Positions 11,510-22,153 of a stretch of DNA of 57,777 nucleotides are shown in pieces; within the stretch, counting starts at the first letter, position 1; every line of letters starts with the position of its first letter. The position numbers and the translations under genes were made by a program. Location: assembly GCF_023255755.1 (NCBI RefSeq), contig NZ_JAGDVS010000151.1, positions 1 to 57,777 on the forward strand, read 5' to 3'. The stretch is from Acidithiobacillus sp. Lineage in GTDB: Bacteria; Pseudomonadota; Gammaproteobacteria; Acidithiobacillales; Acidithiobacillaceae. The notes under the pieces were generated by a model that was not told the origin of the DNA, did not search any database, and saw nothing but the letters and a program-made list of their open reading frames with translations.

Positions 11510-12301
11510 TTAGCCCCAGCTATCTCCGCCGTCATCCAGTCCGAAGTCGTCATTGGACGCCAACTGGTCGTTGCCCCAGGAGCCGTCCGTCAAACCCAGA
11601 TCATTGTTGCTGCTATCACTGGCGGCATTACCCGATTCATTGCCGTGTCCAAACAAACTTCCGGCCAGTGCTTGCCCGGCTGCCAGTCCGGCGCCCACAC
11701 CAACACCAGTGGCAATACCGGAGGCCAGACTGGACCCCAGCCCACCCCCCTGCTGCGGCATGCCGCCCATGGCTCCGCCGGGATTCATGGGACCATTGGG
11801 ACCATAACCGTTCATGCCCCCGAAAGGCCCGGAAGGCTGCCCGCGGTACATCATGCCCACCTGCCGGCGGCGGCGCAAAAACATGGATATTAGCGCAATG
11901 AGCGCAACAAGACCCAGGAAAAACGCCAGCACTGTACCCCAGTGACTTTCTTTGCTGACTTTACCGACCGGTTTATTCACATGACTCTGCAATGACTTCT
12001 TAAAAGAGGTCAGCACCTGCGGTTTCACAAAGGGCATGCCGGGTGCAAGTTGCTCGGATTTCTGCAAGGCCGCTGCCGCCCCGGCCCAGTTACCCTGCCG
12101 CGCCAAAATACGCGCTTCCAGATACTGCGCTTCTGCAGATTGCGGATGAGCAACCAATACTTCCTGCATCATGCTTTGCGCCTGATCCAGGCGACCAGCC
12201 TGCACAGCCTGCGTGACTTGCGCTACACTGGGCTCAGCCCACGCTGCCGGTGCAGCCAACATCAAGGCAATGGCGATGGTTCCAAAAATTTTTAACTGCA
12301 T
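11510..12301 (-). CDS. TPR-like membrane protein with Gly-rich, acidic C-terminal tail
   Basis: Signal peptide (APAAWA), helical repeat HPQSAEAQYLEARIL, TM followed by RRRR, low-complexity tail ending DDGGDSWG; GAGGAG RBS. Confidence 0.75.
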   Translation of the reverse strand: MQLKIFGTIAIALMLAAPAAWAEPSVAQVTQAVQAGRLDQAQSMMQEVLVAHPQSAEAQYLEARILARQGNWAGAAAALQKSEQLAPGMPFVKPQVLTSFKKSLQSHVNKPVGKVSKESHWGTVLAFFLGLVALIALISMFLRRRRQVGMMYRGQPSGPFGGMNGYGPNGPMNPGGAMGGMPQQGGGLGSSLASGIATGVGVGAGLAAGQALAGSLFGHGNESGNAASDSSNNDLGLTDGSWGNDQLASNDDFGLDDGGDSWG

Positions 12302-12453
12302 ACGCTCCTCCAACTAAAATGTTGTGCTTTGAATATGCGGTGAAACCTCTGTCTAAATCAAGAGGCTTCACACACCGTGTTCAGCAGGCAACTTTGACCG
12401 CGTTACCCTGCCGCTGGTTCCCTGCAGTTGCATGAGAAAAATGCCGACAAGGT

Positions 12454-12499
12454 TTGACAGCAGGCAATATTATCGCCATTATACTGACCGGTCGGTATA
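12454..12499 (+). promoter_or_regulatory. Sigma70 promoter and TetR-like operator of the RND operon
   Basis: TTGACA(12454)-N17-CATTAT; near-perfect palindrome TATACTGACC/GGTCGGTATA at 12480-12499. Confidence 0.6.
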
Positions 12500-12519
12500 G
12501 GCTCGTGAGAGGTGTTGTT

Positions 12520-14067
12520 GTGCAAAAACCATTGCCAAGACCCATTGCTGCGGCGCTGGCGACCGTGCTGGCGGGGAGCCTGGCGGCCTGTAGCTTTGAG
12601 CCGCCGCTGCGTGTTCCCCAGGCGCCGCCGGACAAAACACCCTATACGGCTGGTGCGAGCATCAAACAAACGGTGGCGCCCGGTGGTCCTGCTGGCCACG
12701 CTCAGGAGATTGAGTACGGCAAAGAACTGCATGAGGAGTGGTGGAAACTCTTTCACTCAAAAGTGCTCGACAAGTTAATCGCCGCGGGCCTGAAAAACAG
12801 TCCGACCATCGCTCAGGCTCAGGCACAGTTGAAACAGGCTCAGGCCACCGCGCGCGTGAATTCCAGTATTTTCTACCCGCAGATAACGGGCAATCTCCAG
12901 GCTAATCGGAGCAAGTCCAGTTCAGCGGCCTTTGGGGGAAGCGGCGGCTTTCACTACTCTCTGATCACCGGAAGCGTCGGCGTTTCCTACTACCCGGATA
13001 TTTTCGGCGTTAATCGTCTGGTCTACCGCAACAGTGAAGCCTTGGTGAAGTATCAACAGTGGGAACTGGAAGCAGCGCGACTGACCCTGACCGGCAATAT
13101 CGTCACCACCGCTATCAGTGAGGCGGCAACGGAAGGTCAGGTCCGCGCCACCATGGCCATCGTCGCCCAGGAAAAAAAGCTTCTGGAGCTTACGGAGAAC
13201 CAGTACCGGGCAGGAGCCATCGGCTATGTCAGCGTGGTGAACCAGCGCAGTCAGCTGGCGACCGAAATGGCGACCTTGCCAGCGCTGGAGCAGCAACTCG
13301 CCGTCTATCGTCATGAGCTCGCCATTTTGGTGGGAGACTTTCCTGCGAACGCCAGACGCCAACTCTTTACCCTCGAAGCGTTGCAACTCCCGGAGAAGTT
13401 ACCGGTAAGCCTCCCCTCGCAATTATTGAAGCAGCGTCCGGATATTCGCGCTGCTCTCGCGCAGATGCGGGCGGCGAATGCGGTCATCGGTGAGGCACGG
13501 GCGCAGTTTTATCCTACCGTCCAACTCAGCGCCGCATTCGGCGCCACAGCGAGTCACCCGGGGCTGTTTTTTAACCCTGCCAGCAGCATTTGGAGTCTGG
13601 TGGGCGCCATGTCGCAACCGATCTTTGAAGGCGGCAAGCTGGAGGCACAGAAGGCCGAAGCGCACGCCGCTTATGACGTAGTGTATGCCGCTTACAGAAG
13701 CACAGTGCTCAGCGCCTTTGATCAGGTAGCGAATGCCCTGCGCGCGGTGGAGCATGATGCACAGACTCTTGCGGCGCAGCGAGAGGCGCTCCAGGCAGCC
13801 GCGCAGGCATTGCAACTGGCCCAGGCGAGTTACCGGGCGGGAGCCTCTGATTATCTCACCCTGCTGACCTCCGAAGTACAGTATGACAACGCCCGGATTG
13901 CTGAAATCAGGGCTGAGTCGCAGCGCTATCAGGATACTGCAGCTCTGCTCGTCGCTCTGGGTGGTGGCTGGTGGAACAAAACGGGACCTCAGGCACCCAC
14001 TACCAGCGCCCCACAAAACTCCCATTCAGATGCCGGCACATTGCCGGTAACGCCGGCTAACCCATGA
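12520..14067 (+). CDS. RND efflux outer membrane factor lipoprotein (OprM/NodT family)
   Basis: Lipobox LAAC, PSQLLKQRPDI, ALGGGW terminus; GTG start behind GAGAGG. Confidence 0.93.
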   Translation: MQKPLPRPIAAALATVLAGSLAACSFEPPLRVPQAPPDKTPYTAGASIKQTVAPGGPAGHAQEIEYGKELHEEWWKLFHSKVLDKLIAAGLKNSPTIAQAQAQLKQAQATARVNSSIFYPQITGNLQANRSKSSSAAFGGSGGFHYSLITGSVGVSYYPDIFGVNRLVYRNSEALVKYQQWELEAARLTLTGNIVTTAISEAATEGQVRATMAIVAQEKKLLELTENQYRAGAIGYVSVVNQRSQLATEMATLPALEQQLAVYRHELAILVGDFPANARRQLFTLEALQLPEKLPVSLPSQLLKQRPDIRAALAQMRAANAVIGEARAQFYPTVQLSAAFGATASHPGLFFNPASSIWSLVGAMSQPIFEGGKLEAQKAEAHAAYDVVYAAYRSTVLSAFDQVANALRAVEHDAQTLAAQREALQAAAQALQLAQASYRAGASDYLTLLTSEVQYDNARIAEIRAESQRYQDTAALLVALGGGWWNKTGPQAPTTSAPQNSHSDAGTLPVTPANP

Positions 14068-14110
14068 GCCATTATACATTCAGCACAGCCATCCGCCGTG
14101 GAGACTGGTC

Positions 14111-15202
14111 ATGAAAAAAGCGTTTATTGTTGTAATCATCCTCCTGATCATTGTTTTTGGTGGTATTTTTGGCTTCAAGGCCTTCGTCAACAAGAAGATT
14201 TCCGAGGCTATGGCGCACCTGCCAAAACCCGTCGTGACCGTCAGCGCCACAGCGGCCAAGATAGAACTTTGGCATCCCCGCCTGCAGGCCGTAGCTTCTC
14301 TGGCGGCTGTGCAAGGGGTGGATATCACCCCGCAGATAGCCGGTAATGTGACCGCCATTCATTTTCATTCTGGTCAATATGTCCGGGCAGGCACCGTGCT
14401 GGTGCAGATTGACGACAGCAACCAGCTTGCTCAGCTGGCGAGCGATGAAGCACAACTTCGTCTGGCACAGATCAATCTACACCGGACCCGCGAACTGATT
14501 ACCACCAAAGCCGCCAGCCAATCGCAGCTGGATTCCGCTGTGGCCACGTATCAAAGTAGTGTGGCTACGCTTAAAGACATTCATGCGACCCTGAATAAGT
14601 TGGCCATCCGCGCGCCCTTCAGCGGTTATCTGGGCATCCGCCAGGTGAATATCGGGCAATATCTCACACCCGGTACCAAGATTGTCGACCTGCAATCCTG
14701 GGATCCGCTGCATGCGAATTTCACCCTGCCGCAAAGTGAGCTACAGGACATTCATGTGGATACACCGGTGCAAATGGAGACTGATGCGCTCCCCGGTCAG
14801 ATTTTTGGCGGGAAAGTCACCGCGTTGGGGGCTTCGGTGAATAGTACGACGCGACAAATTGATGTGCAGGCCACCATTGCCAATCCGAAAAGTGTATTGC
14901 GCCCCGGACTTTTTGGCGAACTCACGGTAGTCCGCGATGTCGAGGAAAAGGTGTTGACGGTGCCCGTCTCCGCTCTTTCATATAACACCTTCGGTGATTA
15001 TGTGTATGTGATCGAAAAGAATACTCAGGATGGCAAGACCGTGGAAGTCGCCCGTCAACAAATCATCAAGCCTGGCAAGGAGCGCAACGGACAAGTGAGT
15101 ATCGTCTCTGGCCTTAAAGCGGGCGATATGGTCATCACTGCCGGGCAGGTAAAACTGGTGGACGGTAGTCTCGTCAAGATCAGCGACGCGAAAGAAGCGT
15201 GA
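14111..15202 (+). CDS. RND efflux periplasmic adaptor (membrane fusion protein)
   Basis: N-terminal anchor, lipoyl halves, IRAPFSG, LRPGLF, SGLKAGD. Confidence 0.93.
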   Translation: MKKAFIVVIILLIIVFGGIFGFKAFVNKKISEAMAHLPKPVVTVSATAAKIELWHPRLQAVASLAAVQGVDITPQIAGNVTAIHFHSGQYVRAGTVLVQIDDSNQLAQLASDEAQLRLAQINLHRTRELITTKAASQSQLDSAVATYQSSVATLKDIHATLNKLAIRAPFSGYLGIRQVNIGQYLTPGTKIVDLQSWDPLHANFTLPQSELQDIHVDTPVQMETDALPGQIFGGKVTALGASVNSTTRQIDVQATIANPKSVLRPGLFGELTVVRDVEEKVLTVPVSALSYNTFGDYVYVIEKNTQDGKTVEVARQQIIKPGKERNGQVSIVSGLKAGDMVITAGQVKLVDGSLVKISDAKEA

Positions 15203-15212
15203 GGCGCAGAAC

Positions 15213-18200
15213 ATGACTTTTACCGATATTTTTGTTCGCCGCCCGGTACTGGCCACCGCCCTTAGCCTCATCATTTTTCTGCTGGGTTTGCATGCCTATT
15301 CGATAATGACTGTCCGCGAGTATCCGGCTCTCGTTAACACGGTCGTCACCGTAACCACCGCGTATCCCGGAGCCAGCCCGAATATCGTACAAGGCTTCAT
15401 CACCTCGCGCTTGGAAAAAGTGATTGCCAGCGCACCGGATATAAACTACATGACCTCCAACAGTTCGGAGGGTAGTTCGACCATTACCGTGTACATGAAG
15501 CTGAATTACAGCCCCAGTGCGGCGGTCGCCAACATTCAATCGAAAGTGCAACAGGTGACGGATCAGTTGCCGACGGGTAGTCAATTACCGGTTATCAACG
15601 TAACGGTCGGTGACACGACGGACCTGATGTATGTCGCCTTCTACAGCAAAGAACTCAGTCAGCAGCAAATTACCGACTTCCTGCTGCGTGTAGCACAGCC
15701 GCGACTGGCCTCGGTACATGGCGTAGGCCAGGCACAGATACTGCCGCCGGGCGCTGGCAACGGGAATACCTATGCGATGCGGGTGTGGTTGAATCCACAG
15801 AAGATGGCGGCATTGGGCATTACCGCCGCGCAGGTTTCACAAGCGTTAATCGCGAACGATTTTATCTCCGCAGTCGGACAAACGCGGGGGAAGACGGTAC
15901 AAAACACCATTGTCGCGACCACTAATCTGCATAATGTGGATGAATTCCGCAATCTGGTTCTGCGTCAGTCTGGTAACACCCTCATCCGGCTCAAAGATGT
16001 GGCCACAGTAGAACTCGGTGCACAGGATTACACCTCTCAGGCCTTTTTTGATGGTAAACCGGCAGCATTCATCGGTATTCAGGAGTCGCCTTCGGCCAAC
16101 TCTCTGGATGTAGCTTCTGGGGTAAAAACATCGCTGGCCCAGTTGTCAAAAAGCCTGCCGCCCGGCATGAACATGGCGATTCCTTATGACGCCAGCACCT
16201 TCATCAAGGCCTCTATCGACGAAGTCGTCCTAACCATTGGAATTACGCTTGCAGTGGTGGTGCTGGTAATTTTCCTCTTCATGGGTTCATTCCGTGCGGT
16301 GCTCATACCCGCGATCGCCATCCCGCTGTCCATCGTGGGCGCAGGTCTGATCACCTGGTCTATGGGCTTCACCATCAACCTGCTGACCCTGTTGGCAGTG
16401 GTTTTGGCCATCGGGCTGGTAGTAGACGATGCCATTATCGTTGTTGAAAATGTGCTCCGGCATATGGATGAAGGAAAAACGCCTTTTGAAGCGGCTTTAA
16501 TGACTGGGCGGGAGCTGGGAGGGCCGATCATCGTCATGTCCACCACGCTCGTCGCCGTATTCGCCCCCATCGGATTTATGGGGGGGCTGACGGGGAGTCT
16601 GTTTGGTGAATTCGCGTTTACGCTGGTGGCTGCGGTTTTAATATCCATGATCGTAGCATTGACGTTATCACCGATGCTCTCCAGCAAGATATTGCGCCCG
16701 ACAAGGGAACATGGCTTTGATCACTTTATCGAGCAGCGCTTCACTGCTCTGCGTAATTTCTACGACCATATCTTGGGTGGCACACTGAATTATGTGCCAG
16801 TCACCATGCTCTTTGCCGCGGTAGTGTTTGGGAGTATCTACTTTCTGTTTAGCACCTCGAAATCAGAATTAGCGCCAGCGGAAGATCAGGGCATTATTTT
16901 TAATGCGGGCACGGGCAGCCCGACCATTACACCGGATCAACTGGCCCATTATGGAAAACAGATTCTGAAGGTGTTGGATAAATATCCCGAGAAAAAGGCA
17001 ACCTTCATGGTCACAGGTATTTCGGTAGGTAGCGGCGGCGGCTCCAACAGCCTGTTCGCCGGCATGCGCCTGACAAACTGGAATAAGCGTTCCACGACGG
17101 CGATGCAGTTGCAACCGCAAATCCAGCAGGCCCTGCAAAGCGTCCCAGGACTCCAGGTAGCCTCATTTTTACGGCCGTCCCTCCCCGGTTCGGCGGGCGG
17201 TCTGCCGGTACAATTTGTGCTGCAAAGCCCGGGCAGCTATGGCAAAATCGATCAGGTGGCTGACCAGGTGATCGCAGCGGCCTATAAAAGTGGATTGTTT
17301 TTCTATGTGACCAAGGATTTGCGTATTGATAATCCTGAGGTCGTGTTGAAGATCAATCGTAATATGGCCGCCAACCTTGGCCTGACCATGGCGGAGATCG
17401 CCCAGGACTTGCAGCCCCTCTTAGGCGGCAACTACGTCAATCGCTTCGATATGGAAGGCCGCAGCTATAAGGTCATTCCCCAGGTACCGGACCACTTCCG
17501 CCTCGATCCGGCAGCCTTGAAGCAATATTACATCGCGACCGGCAGCGGTCAGATGGTGCCCTTATCTACAGTGGTTTCTATAGAGACCAAGGTGGAGCCG
17601 CAATTCTTGCCGCAGTTCCAGCAGCTCAACTCGGCAACCATCGAGGCAGTGCCCAAACCGGGCGTTACCATGGGCGAGTCTTTGAGCTTCTTTAAGACTG
17701 CGGCAGAAAAGGTCATGCCCAAGGATTTTTCTCTGAACTATGCGAGCCAATCCCGCCAATACATACAAGAGACGGGTGGGCTGCTGACCACCTTTGCATT
17801 GGCCATCATCCTGATCTACTTGCTACTGGCGGCACAATTTGAGAGTTTCCGCGATCCGCTGATCGTGCTGATTACCGTACCCATGTCCATTAGTGGGGCG
17901 TTGATTTTCATCAGCTTGGGTCTGGCTTCTATCAATATCTATACGGAAGTGGGGTTGATCACGCTGATTGGCCTGATCGCCAAGCAGGGTATTCTTATCG
18001 TGCAGTTCGCCAACGAGATCCAGAAGAAAGAAGGACTCAACAAGCGTGAAGCAGTGCAGAAGGCGTCGAGCATTCGTTTGCGTCCCATCCTCATGACTAC
18101 GGGGGCAATGGTACTGGGGGTTCTGCCCTTGCTGGTAGCGGGCGGACCCGGCGCGGTCAGTCGCTTCCAGATGGGCCTGGTGATCTTTACAGGCTTGGGT

Positions 18201-18293
18201 ATTGGCGCCTTCTTTTCGCTCTTCGTGGTGCCGGCCATGTATATGGTGCTCGCCAAGGATTTACGCGAGTCCCGGAACGCCCAGGAAGCCTGA
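15213..18293 (+). CDS. RND efflux permease (HAE1 / AcrB superfamily)
   Basis: 1026 aa; FVRRPV start, GLVVDDAIIVVEN and RLRPILMT proton-relay motifs. Confidence 0.96.
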   Translation: MTFTDIFVRRPVLATALSLIIFLLGLHAYSIMTVREYPALVNTVVTVTTAYPGASPNIVQGFITSRLEKVIASAPDINYMTSNSSEGSSTITVYMKLNYSPSAAVANIQSKVQQVTDQLPTGSQLPVINVTVGDTTDLMYVAFYSKELSQQQITDFLLRVAQPRLASVHGVGQAQILPPGAGNGNTYAMRVWLNPQKMAALGITAAQVSQALIANDFISAVGQTRGKTVQNTIVATTNLHNVDEFRNLVLRQSGNTLIRLKDVATVELGAQDYTSQAFFDGKPAAFIGIQESPSANSLDVASGVKTSLAQLSKSLPPGMNMAIPYDASTFIKASIDEVVLTIGITLAVVVLVIFLFMGSFRAVLIPAIAIPLSIVGAGLITWSMGFTINLLTLLAVVLAIGLVVDDAIIVVENVLRHMDEGKTPFEAALMTGRELGGPIIVMSTTLVAVFAPIGFMGGLTGSLFGEFAFTLVAAVLISMIVALTLSPMLSSKILRPTREHGFDHFIEQRFTALRNFYDHILGGTLNYVPVTMLFAAVVFGSIYFLFSTSKSELAPAEDQGIIFNAGTGSPTITPDQLAHYGKQILKVLDKYPEKKATFMVTGISVGSGGGSNSLFAGMRLTNWNKRSTTAMQLQPQIQQALQSVPGLQVASFLRPSLPGSAGGLPVQFVLQSPGSYGKIDQVADQVIAAAYKSGLFFYVTKDLRIDNPEVVLKINRNMAANLGLTMAEIAQDLQPLLGGNYVNRFDMEGRSYKVIPQVPDHFRLDPAALKQYYIATGSGQMVPLSTVVSIETKVEPQFLPQFQQLNSATIEAVPKPGVTMGESLSFFKTAAEKVMPKDFSLNYASQSRQYIQETGGLLTTFALAIILIYLLLAAQFESFRDPLIVLITVPMSISGALIFISLGLASINIYTEVGLITLIGLIAKQGILIVQFANEIQKKEGLNKREAVQKASSIRLRPILMTTGAMVLGVLPLLVAGGPGAVSRFQMGLVIFTGLGIGAFFSLFVVPAMYMVLAKDLRESRNAQEA

Positions 18294-18324
18294 CGGGAGA
18301 CTGCTGCTCTGCTCGACGGATATG

Positions 18325-18356
18325 GCCGGGACGCTTATCGGGGTCCCGGCTTTTTT
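18325..18356 (+). terminator. Rho-independent terminator of the RND operon
   Basis: GCCGGGAC...GTCCCGGC stem followed by TTTTTT. Confidence 0.85.
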
Positions 18357-18536
18357 AGCTTGACAAGACGGAAGGTGGCCAGAAGAATATCAGTGAACAT
18401 TCTCGCTGGTCTTTTTTGAGAAACATCCGATTTGCCGCCCTCTGCTGGGTTGGCCTGCTCGCTGTTCGCACACAGGTAAATTTTTCATGGGTCATGAATT
18501 CTTCCCGAGCATTGAGACCTTAGCAAAGAGGTCCTG

Positions 18537-19400
18537 GTGACTGCACAACGCATTGATGGCAAAGCCATAGCTAAAAAAATACAGGCGGATGTCACCCATC
18601 GCAGTCAGGCTTTTCTCCAGCGTTATGGACGCTCCCCTGGTCTTGCGGTAGTACTGGTCGGGGCCGATCCTGCGTCTCAGGTCTATGTGCAGAAAAAGCG
18701 GGATACCTGTGCTTCAGTGGGCATCCGCTCTTTTTCTGCCAATCTTCCTGCAGACAGCACGCCACAACAACTTCTGTCTCATATTACCGAACTAAACGCT
18801 AATAATGCCGTGGATGGCATCCTGGTACAGTTGCCCCTTCCGTCGCACTTTGATCCTGAAGAAATCATTGAGGCCATTGCCGTCGAAAAGGATGTCGATG
18901 GTTTTCACCCCTATAATGTAGGCCGCCTTGCGCTGCGCGCGCCACTGCTGCGCTCCTGTACGCCCGCCGGTATCATGACCTTGCTTCAGGAAACCGGCAT
19001 AAAGGTCAGGGGGAAAGAAGCGGTGATTGTCGGCGCATCCAATATTGTCGGGCGGCCCATGGCGCTGGAACTCCTCCTGGCCGGGGCGACGGTGACCGTC
19101 TGCCACCGCTTCACCCGCGATCTCGCAGCCCATGTGGGACGCGCCGAACTGCTCGTCGCGGCGGCAGGTAAACCGGGACTGATACCCGGCGAGTGGATTC
19201 GTGAGGGAGCAGTGGTCATTGATGTAGGAATTAACCGTCTTCCGGATGGGCGTCTCACCGGCGATGTGGACTTTGCTGGTGCGGAGCAACGTGCGGCGTG
19301 GATCACTCCGGTCCCCGGTGGGGTCGGACCCATGACGGTAGTCACACTCTTGCAGAACACCCTGATTGCGGCAGAGCAACGCATGGGGATAAGCACGTGA
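18537..19400 (+). CDS. folD: Methylenetetrahydrofolate dehydrogenase/cyclohydrolase
   Basis: [28 protein letters not shown] motifs. Confidence 0.98.
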   Translation: MTAQRIDGKAIAKKIQADVTHRSQAFLQRYGRSPGLAVVLVGADPASQVYVQKKRDTCASVGIRSFSANLPADSTPQQLLSHITELNANNAVDGILVQLPLPSHFDPEEIIEAIAVEKDVDGFHPYNVGRLALRAPLLRSCTPAGIMTLLQETGIKVRGKEAVIVGASNIVGRPMALELLLAGATVTVCHRFTRDLAAHVGRAELLVAAAGKPGLIPGEWIREGAVVIDVGINRLPDGRLTGDVDFAGAEQRAAWITPVPGGVGPMTVVTLLQNTLIAAEQRMGIST

Positions 19401-21502
19401 CTGAGACACCTGCCCAGCAAAAATCTGATGCGGCGCCCCCTCTGGACAATCCCGATCTCTATTTCAACCGCGATCTCAGCATCCTCGAATTTAACCGGCG
19501 GGTACTCGCACTGGCAGATGATCCACACGTGCCACTGCTGGAGCGTTTACGTTATCTGACCATTGTTTCCAACAATCTGGACGAATTTTTTGAAGTCCGC
19601 ATGGCAGGGCTTCTGCAGCGGCGCAAATTCGGCGCTGGCCCCTCGGGGCCGGATATGCTCGGACCTAATCTCGAAATTGAAGCAGTGGCCAGAATGGCCC
19701 ACGAAATTATCTCTGCACAGTATCGCTGCCTGAACCAACGACTGCTACCCGCCCTGGCCAAAGAGAATGTCCGTCTGTTGCGCCGACGCGAGTGGCGGGC
19801 AGCGCAAAGACGCTGGATCAGCAGTTATTTTCAGAGTGAAGTCCTGCCTCTGCTCACGCCCCTGAGCCTTGACCCGGCCCATCCCTTTCCCAAGGTACAG
19901 AATAAGGGGCTGAATTTCGCCATCGTCCTGGAGGGTCAGGACGCCTATGGGCGGCGCAGCCCCATCGCCATTGTGCAGGCGCCGCGGATACTATCGCGTA
20001 TCATCCAGATTCCAGCGCATCTGGCCGGCCCGCATGATTTCGTGTTTCTCTCTTCTATCATTCACGAGCATGTGCAAACCCTCTTTCCGGGCCTGGCCAT
20101 TCAGGGCTTTTATCAGTTCCGGGTAACCCGCAACAGCGAACTCTTCGTGGATGAGGAGGAGGTGGATAATCTCCTCGATGCGCTCGCTGATGAATTGCCG
20201 ATGCGCCCTTTTGGCGAGGCAGTACGGCTGGAAGTCGCCAATAACTGTCCGCGCGAGGTGGTCGACTATCTCTTGAAGCATTTTGATCTTGGTGAGGATA
20301 ATCTTTATTCGCTGCTGGGGCCCGTGAATCTGTCACGGCTGGCAGCCATCATCGACATGGTTCCTCGCCCCGACCTGCTCTTCCCGCCCTTTGTACCCGG
20401 CATGCCCTCAGTCTGTATGCGCCCGGAAAACATATTTGCGCAACTCCACGAGGCACCCATTCTCCTCCATCACCCATACCAGAGCTTCAATCCGGTGCTG
20501 GATTTTCTCCGCCAGGCGGCCAATGATCCGCAGGTCATCGGTATCAAGCAGACGTTGTACCGCACCACCCCGGACTCTCCTATCATTGATGCACTGATAG
20601 AAGCGGCGATGGCGGGCAAACAGGTCACTGCCGTGGTCGAGCTCAAGGCCCGCTTTGACGAAGCCAATAATATCCGGATGGCGGAGCGCCTGGAAGAGGT
20701 GGGTGTGCAGGTTGTATACGGCGTGGTCAACCACAAGGTGCATGCCAAGATGATCCTGGTCTTGCGCCGTGAAGAGGATGGCATCCGCCTCTACGGGCAT
20801 CTGGGTACCGGCAATTATCATCCCCGCAATGCGCGGATTTATACCGATCTCAGCCTGCTCACCGCAAATCCTGATATCACGGCGGACATGAATGACCTGT
20901 TCATGCACATCACCGGTATGGGCAAGGCGCCGCAACTCCGTTGCCTGCTGCAAAGTCCCTTTACGATGTTCAGCGGGATACGTGATGCCATCGAGACGGA
21001 GACCCGGCACGGCGTGAAAGGCCGCATCATCGCGCGGGTGAATGCACTGGTCGAGCCAGACCTGATTCGCGCCCTATACCGGGCCTCCCAAGCTGGAGTA
21101 GAAATCGACCTGGTGGTACGCGGCGCCTGTGCCTTACGTCCCGGCATACCGGGCGTCTCTGAGCATATCCGGGTACGTTCCATTGTCGGTCGTTTTCTCG
21201 AACACAGCCGCGTCTATTACTTCGGGAATGACGGACATTCCAAGCTTTGGATATCCAGTGCCGACTGGATGGGACGCAATCTCTTTCGCCGCCTGGAAGT
21301 GGCGGTACCCATTCTCGACCCCGACTTGCGCGCACGCGTACTCAGGGAAACCCTTCAGCTATACTTGGAGGACGATTGTAACGCTTGGGCCATGCGTGCC
21401 GATGGTGTCTATGATTTTTTGCGTAAGACCCCGGATGCCACCTGTAAATCGGCTCAGGACCGCTTACTGGAACACTATGAGAGGACTAGTCACCATGTGT
21501 GA
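19397..21502 (+). CDS. ppk1: Polyphosphate kinase 1
   Basis: [22 protein letters not shown] phospho-His motif, [16 protein letters not shown]; GTG start overlaps the folD stop (GTGA). Confidence 0.97.
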   Translation: MTETPAQQKSDAAPPLDNPDLYFNRDLSILEFNRRVLALADDPHVPLLERLRYLTIVSNNLDEFFEVRMAGLLQRRKFGAGPSGPDMLGPNLEIEAVARMAHEIISAQYRCLNQRLLPALAKENVRLLRRREWRAAQRRWISSYFQSEVLPLLTPLSLDPAHPFPKVQNKGLNFAIVLEGQDAYGRRSPIAIVQAPRILSRIIQIPAHLAGPHDFVFLSSIIHEHVQTLFPGLAIQGFYQFRVTRNSELFVDEEEVDNLLDALADELPMRPFGEAVRLEVANNCPREVVDYLLKHFDLGEDNLYSLLGPVNLSRLAAIIDMVPRPDLLFPPFVPGMPSVCMRPENIFAQLHEAPILLHHPYQSFNPVLDFLRQAANDPQVIGIKQTLYRTTPDSPIIDALIEAAMAGKQVTAVVELKARFDEANNIRMAERLEEVGVQVVYGVVNHKVHAKMILVLRREEDGIRLYGHLGTGNYHPRNARIYTDLSLLTANPDITADMNDLFMHITGMGKAPQLRCLLQSPFTMFSGIRDAIETETRHGVKGRIIARVNALVEPDLIRALYRASQAGVEIDLVVRGACALRPGIPGVSEHIRVRSIVGRFLEHSRVYYFGNDGHSKLWISSADWMGRNLFRRLEVAVPILDPDLRARVLRETLQLYLEDDCNAWAMRADGVYDFLRKTPDATCKSAQDRLLEHYERTSHHV

Positions 21503-21514
21503 CAGGATTTCGTC

Positions 21515-22153
21515 GTGATCCGGGTTCTGGTGCTCAACAGTAAGGGGGGTGCCGGAAAAACGACGGTCGCCACCAACCTCGCCAGTTTGCTGGCACTGCG
21601 CGGCTCGGTACTTCTCGCTGACCTGGATCCGCAGCACTCGTCCAGCACCTGGGCCGAGCGGCGGTCGGAGCACTTACCAAAGCTGTCCGTCATTGCCGAT
21701 GCTGACCGGGATTTCCGCGATTATCCGCCGAGTGATTTCATCGTCTTTGATGCCCCTGCTGGTCTGAAAAAAGGGCGCCTGGAAGACATGCTGGACAAGG
21801 TGGAGGCGCTGCTGGTACCCATCGGTCCCTCTTCTTTCGATATGGACGCCAGCCGTCTTTTCCTGGAGAAACTGGATGAGATTAAACGTTTTCGTAAGGG
21901 TAAAGTGCGCATGGGCGTTATTGCCAACCGCGTGAATGCACGTACCAAGGGTGGACAGCATCTGCAAACGTTTCTGGCAGATTTGCAGTTGCCGGTGGTG
22001 GCCACCCTGCGCGATAGCGAGCTTTATGTGCGGGCGGCGCAACTGGGCGCGGGCATAGCGGATTTGCGGGCTGCAGAAACTCGTGCGGAGTTACCGCAAT
22101 GGGCGCGGATCCTGCGTTTTGTAACGGAGAGGGGACATGGAACAAGAGCTTAA
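21515..22153 (+). CDS. Orphan short ParA/MinD-family ATPase
   Basis: Deviant Walker A NSKGGAGKTT, DLDPQ, FDAPAG; no N-terminal HTH; no parB in the window. Confidence 0.9.
   Translation: MIRVLVLNSKGGAGKTTVATNLASLLALRGSVLLADLDPQHSSSTWAERRSEHLPKLSVIADADRDFRDYPPSDFIVFDAPAGLKKGRLEDMLDKVEALLVPIGPSSFDMDASRLFLEKLDEIKRFRKGKVRMGVIANRVNARTKGGQHLQTFLADLQLPVVATLRDSELYVRAAQLGAGIADLRAAETRAELPQWARILRFVTERGHGTRA

Noticed and set aside
18357-18536. Possible ZTP or THF riboswitch upstream of folD
   Set aside because: No consensus elements recognisable by eye; an Rfam scan would be decisive
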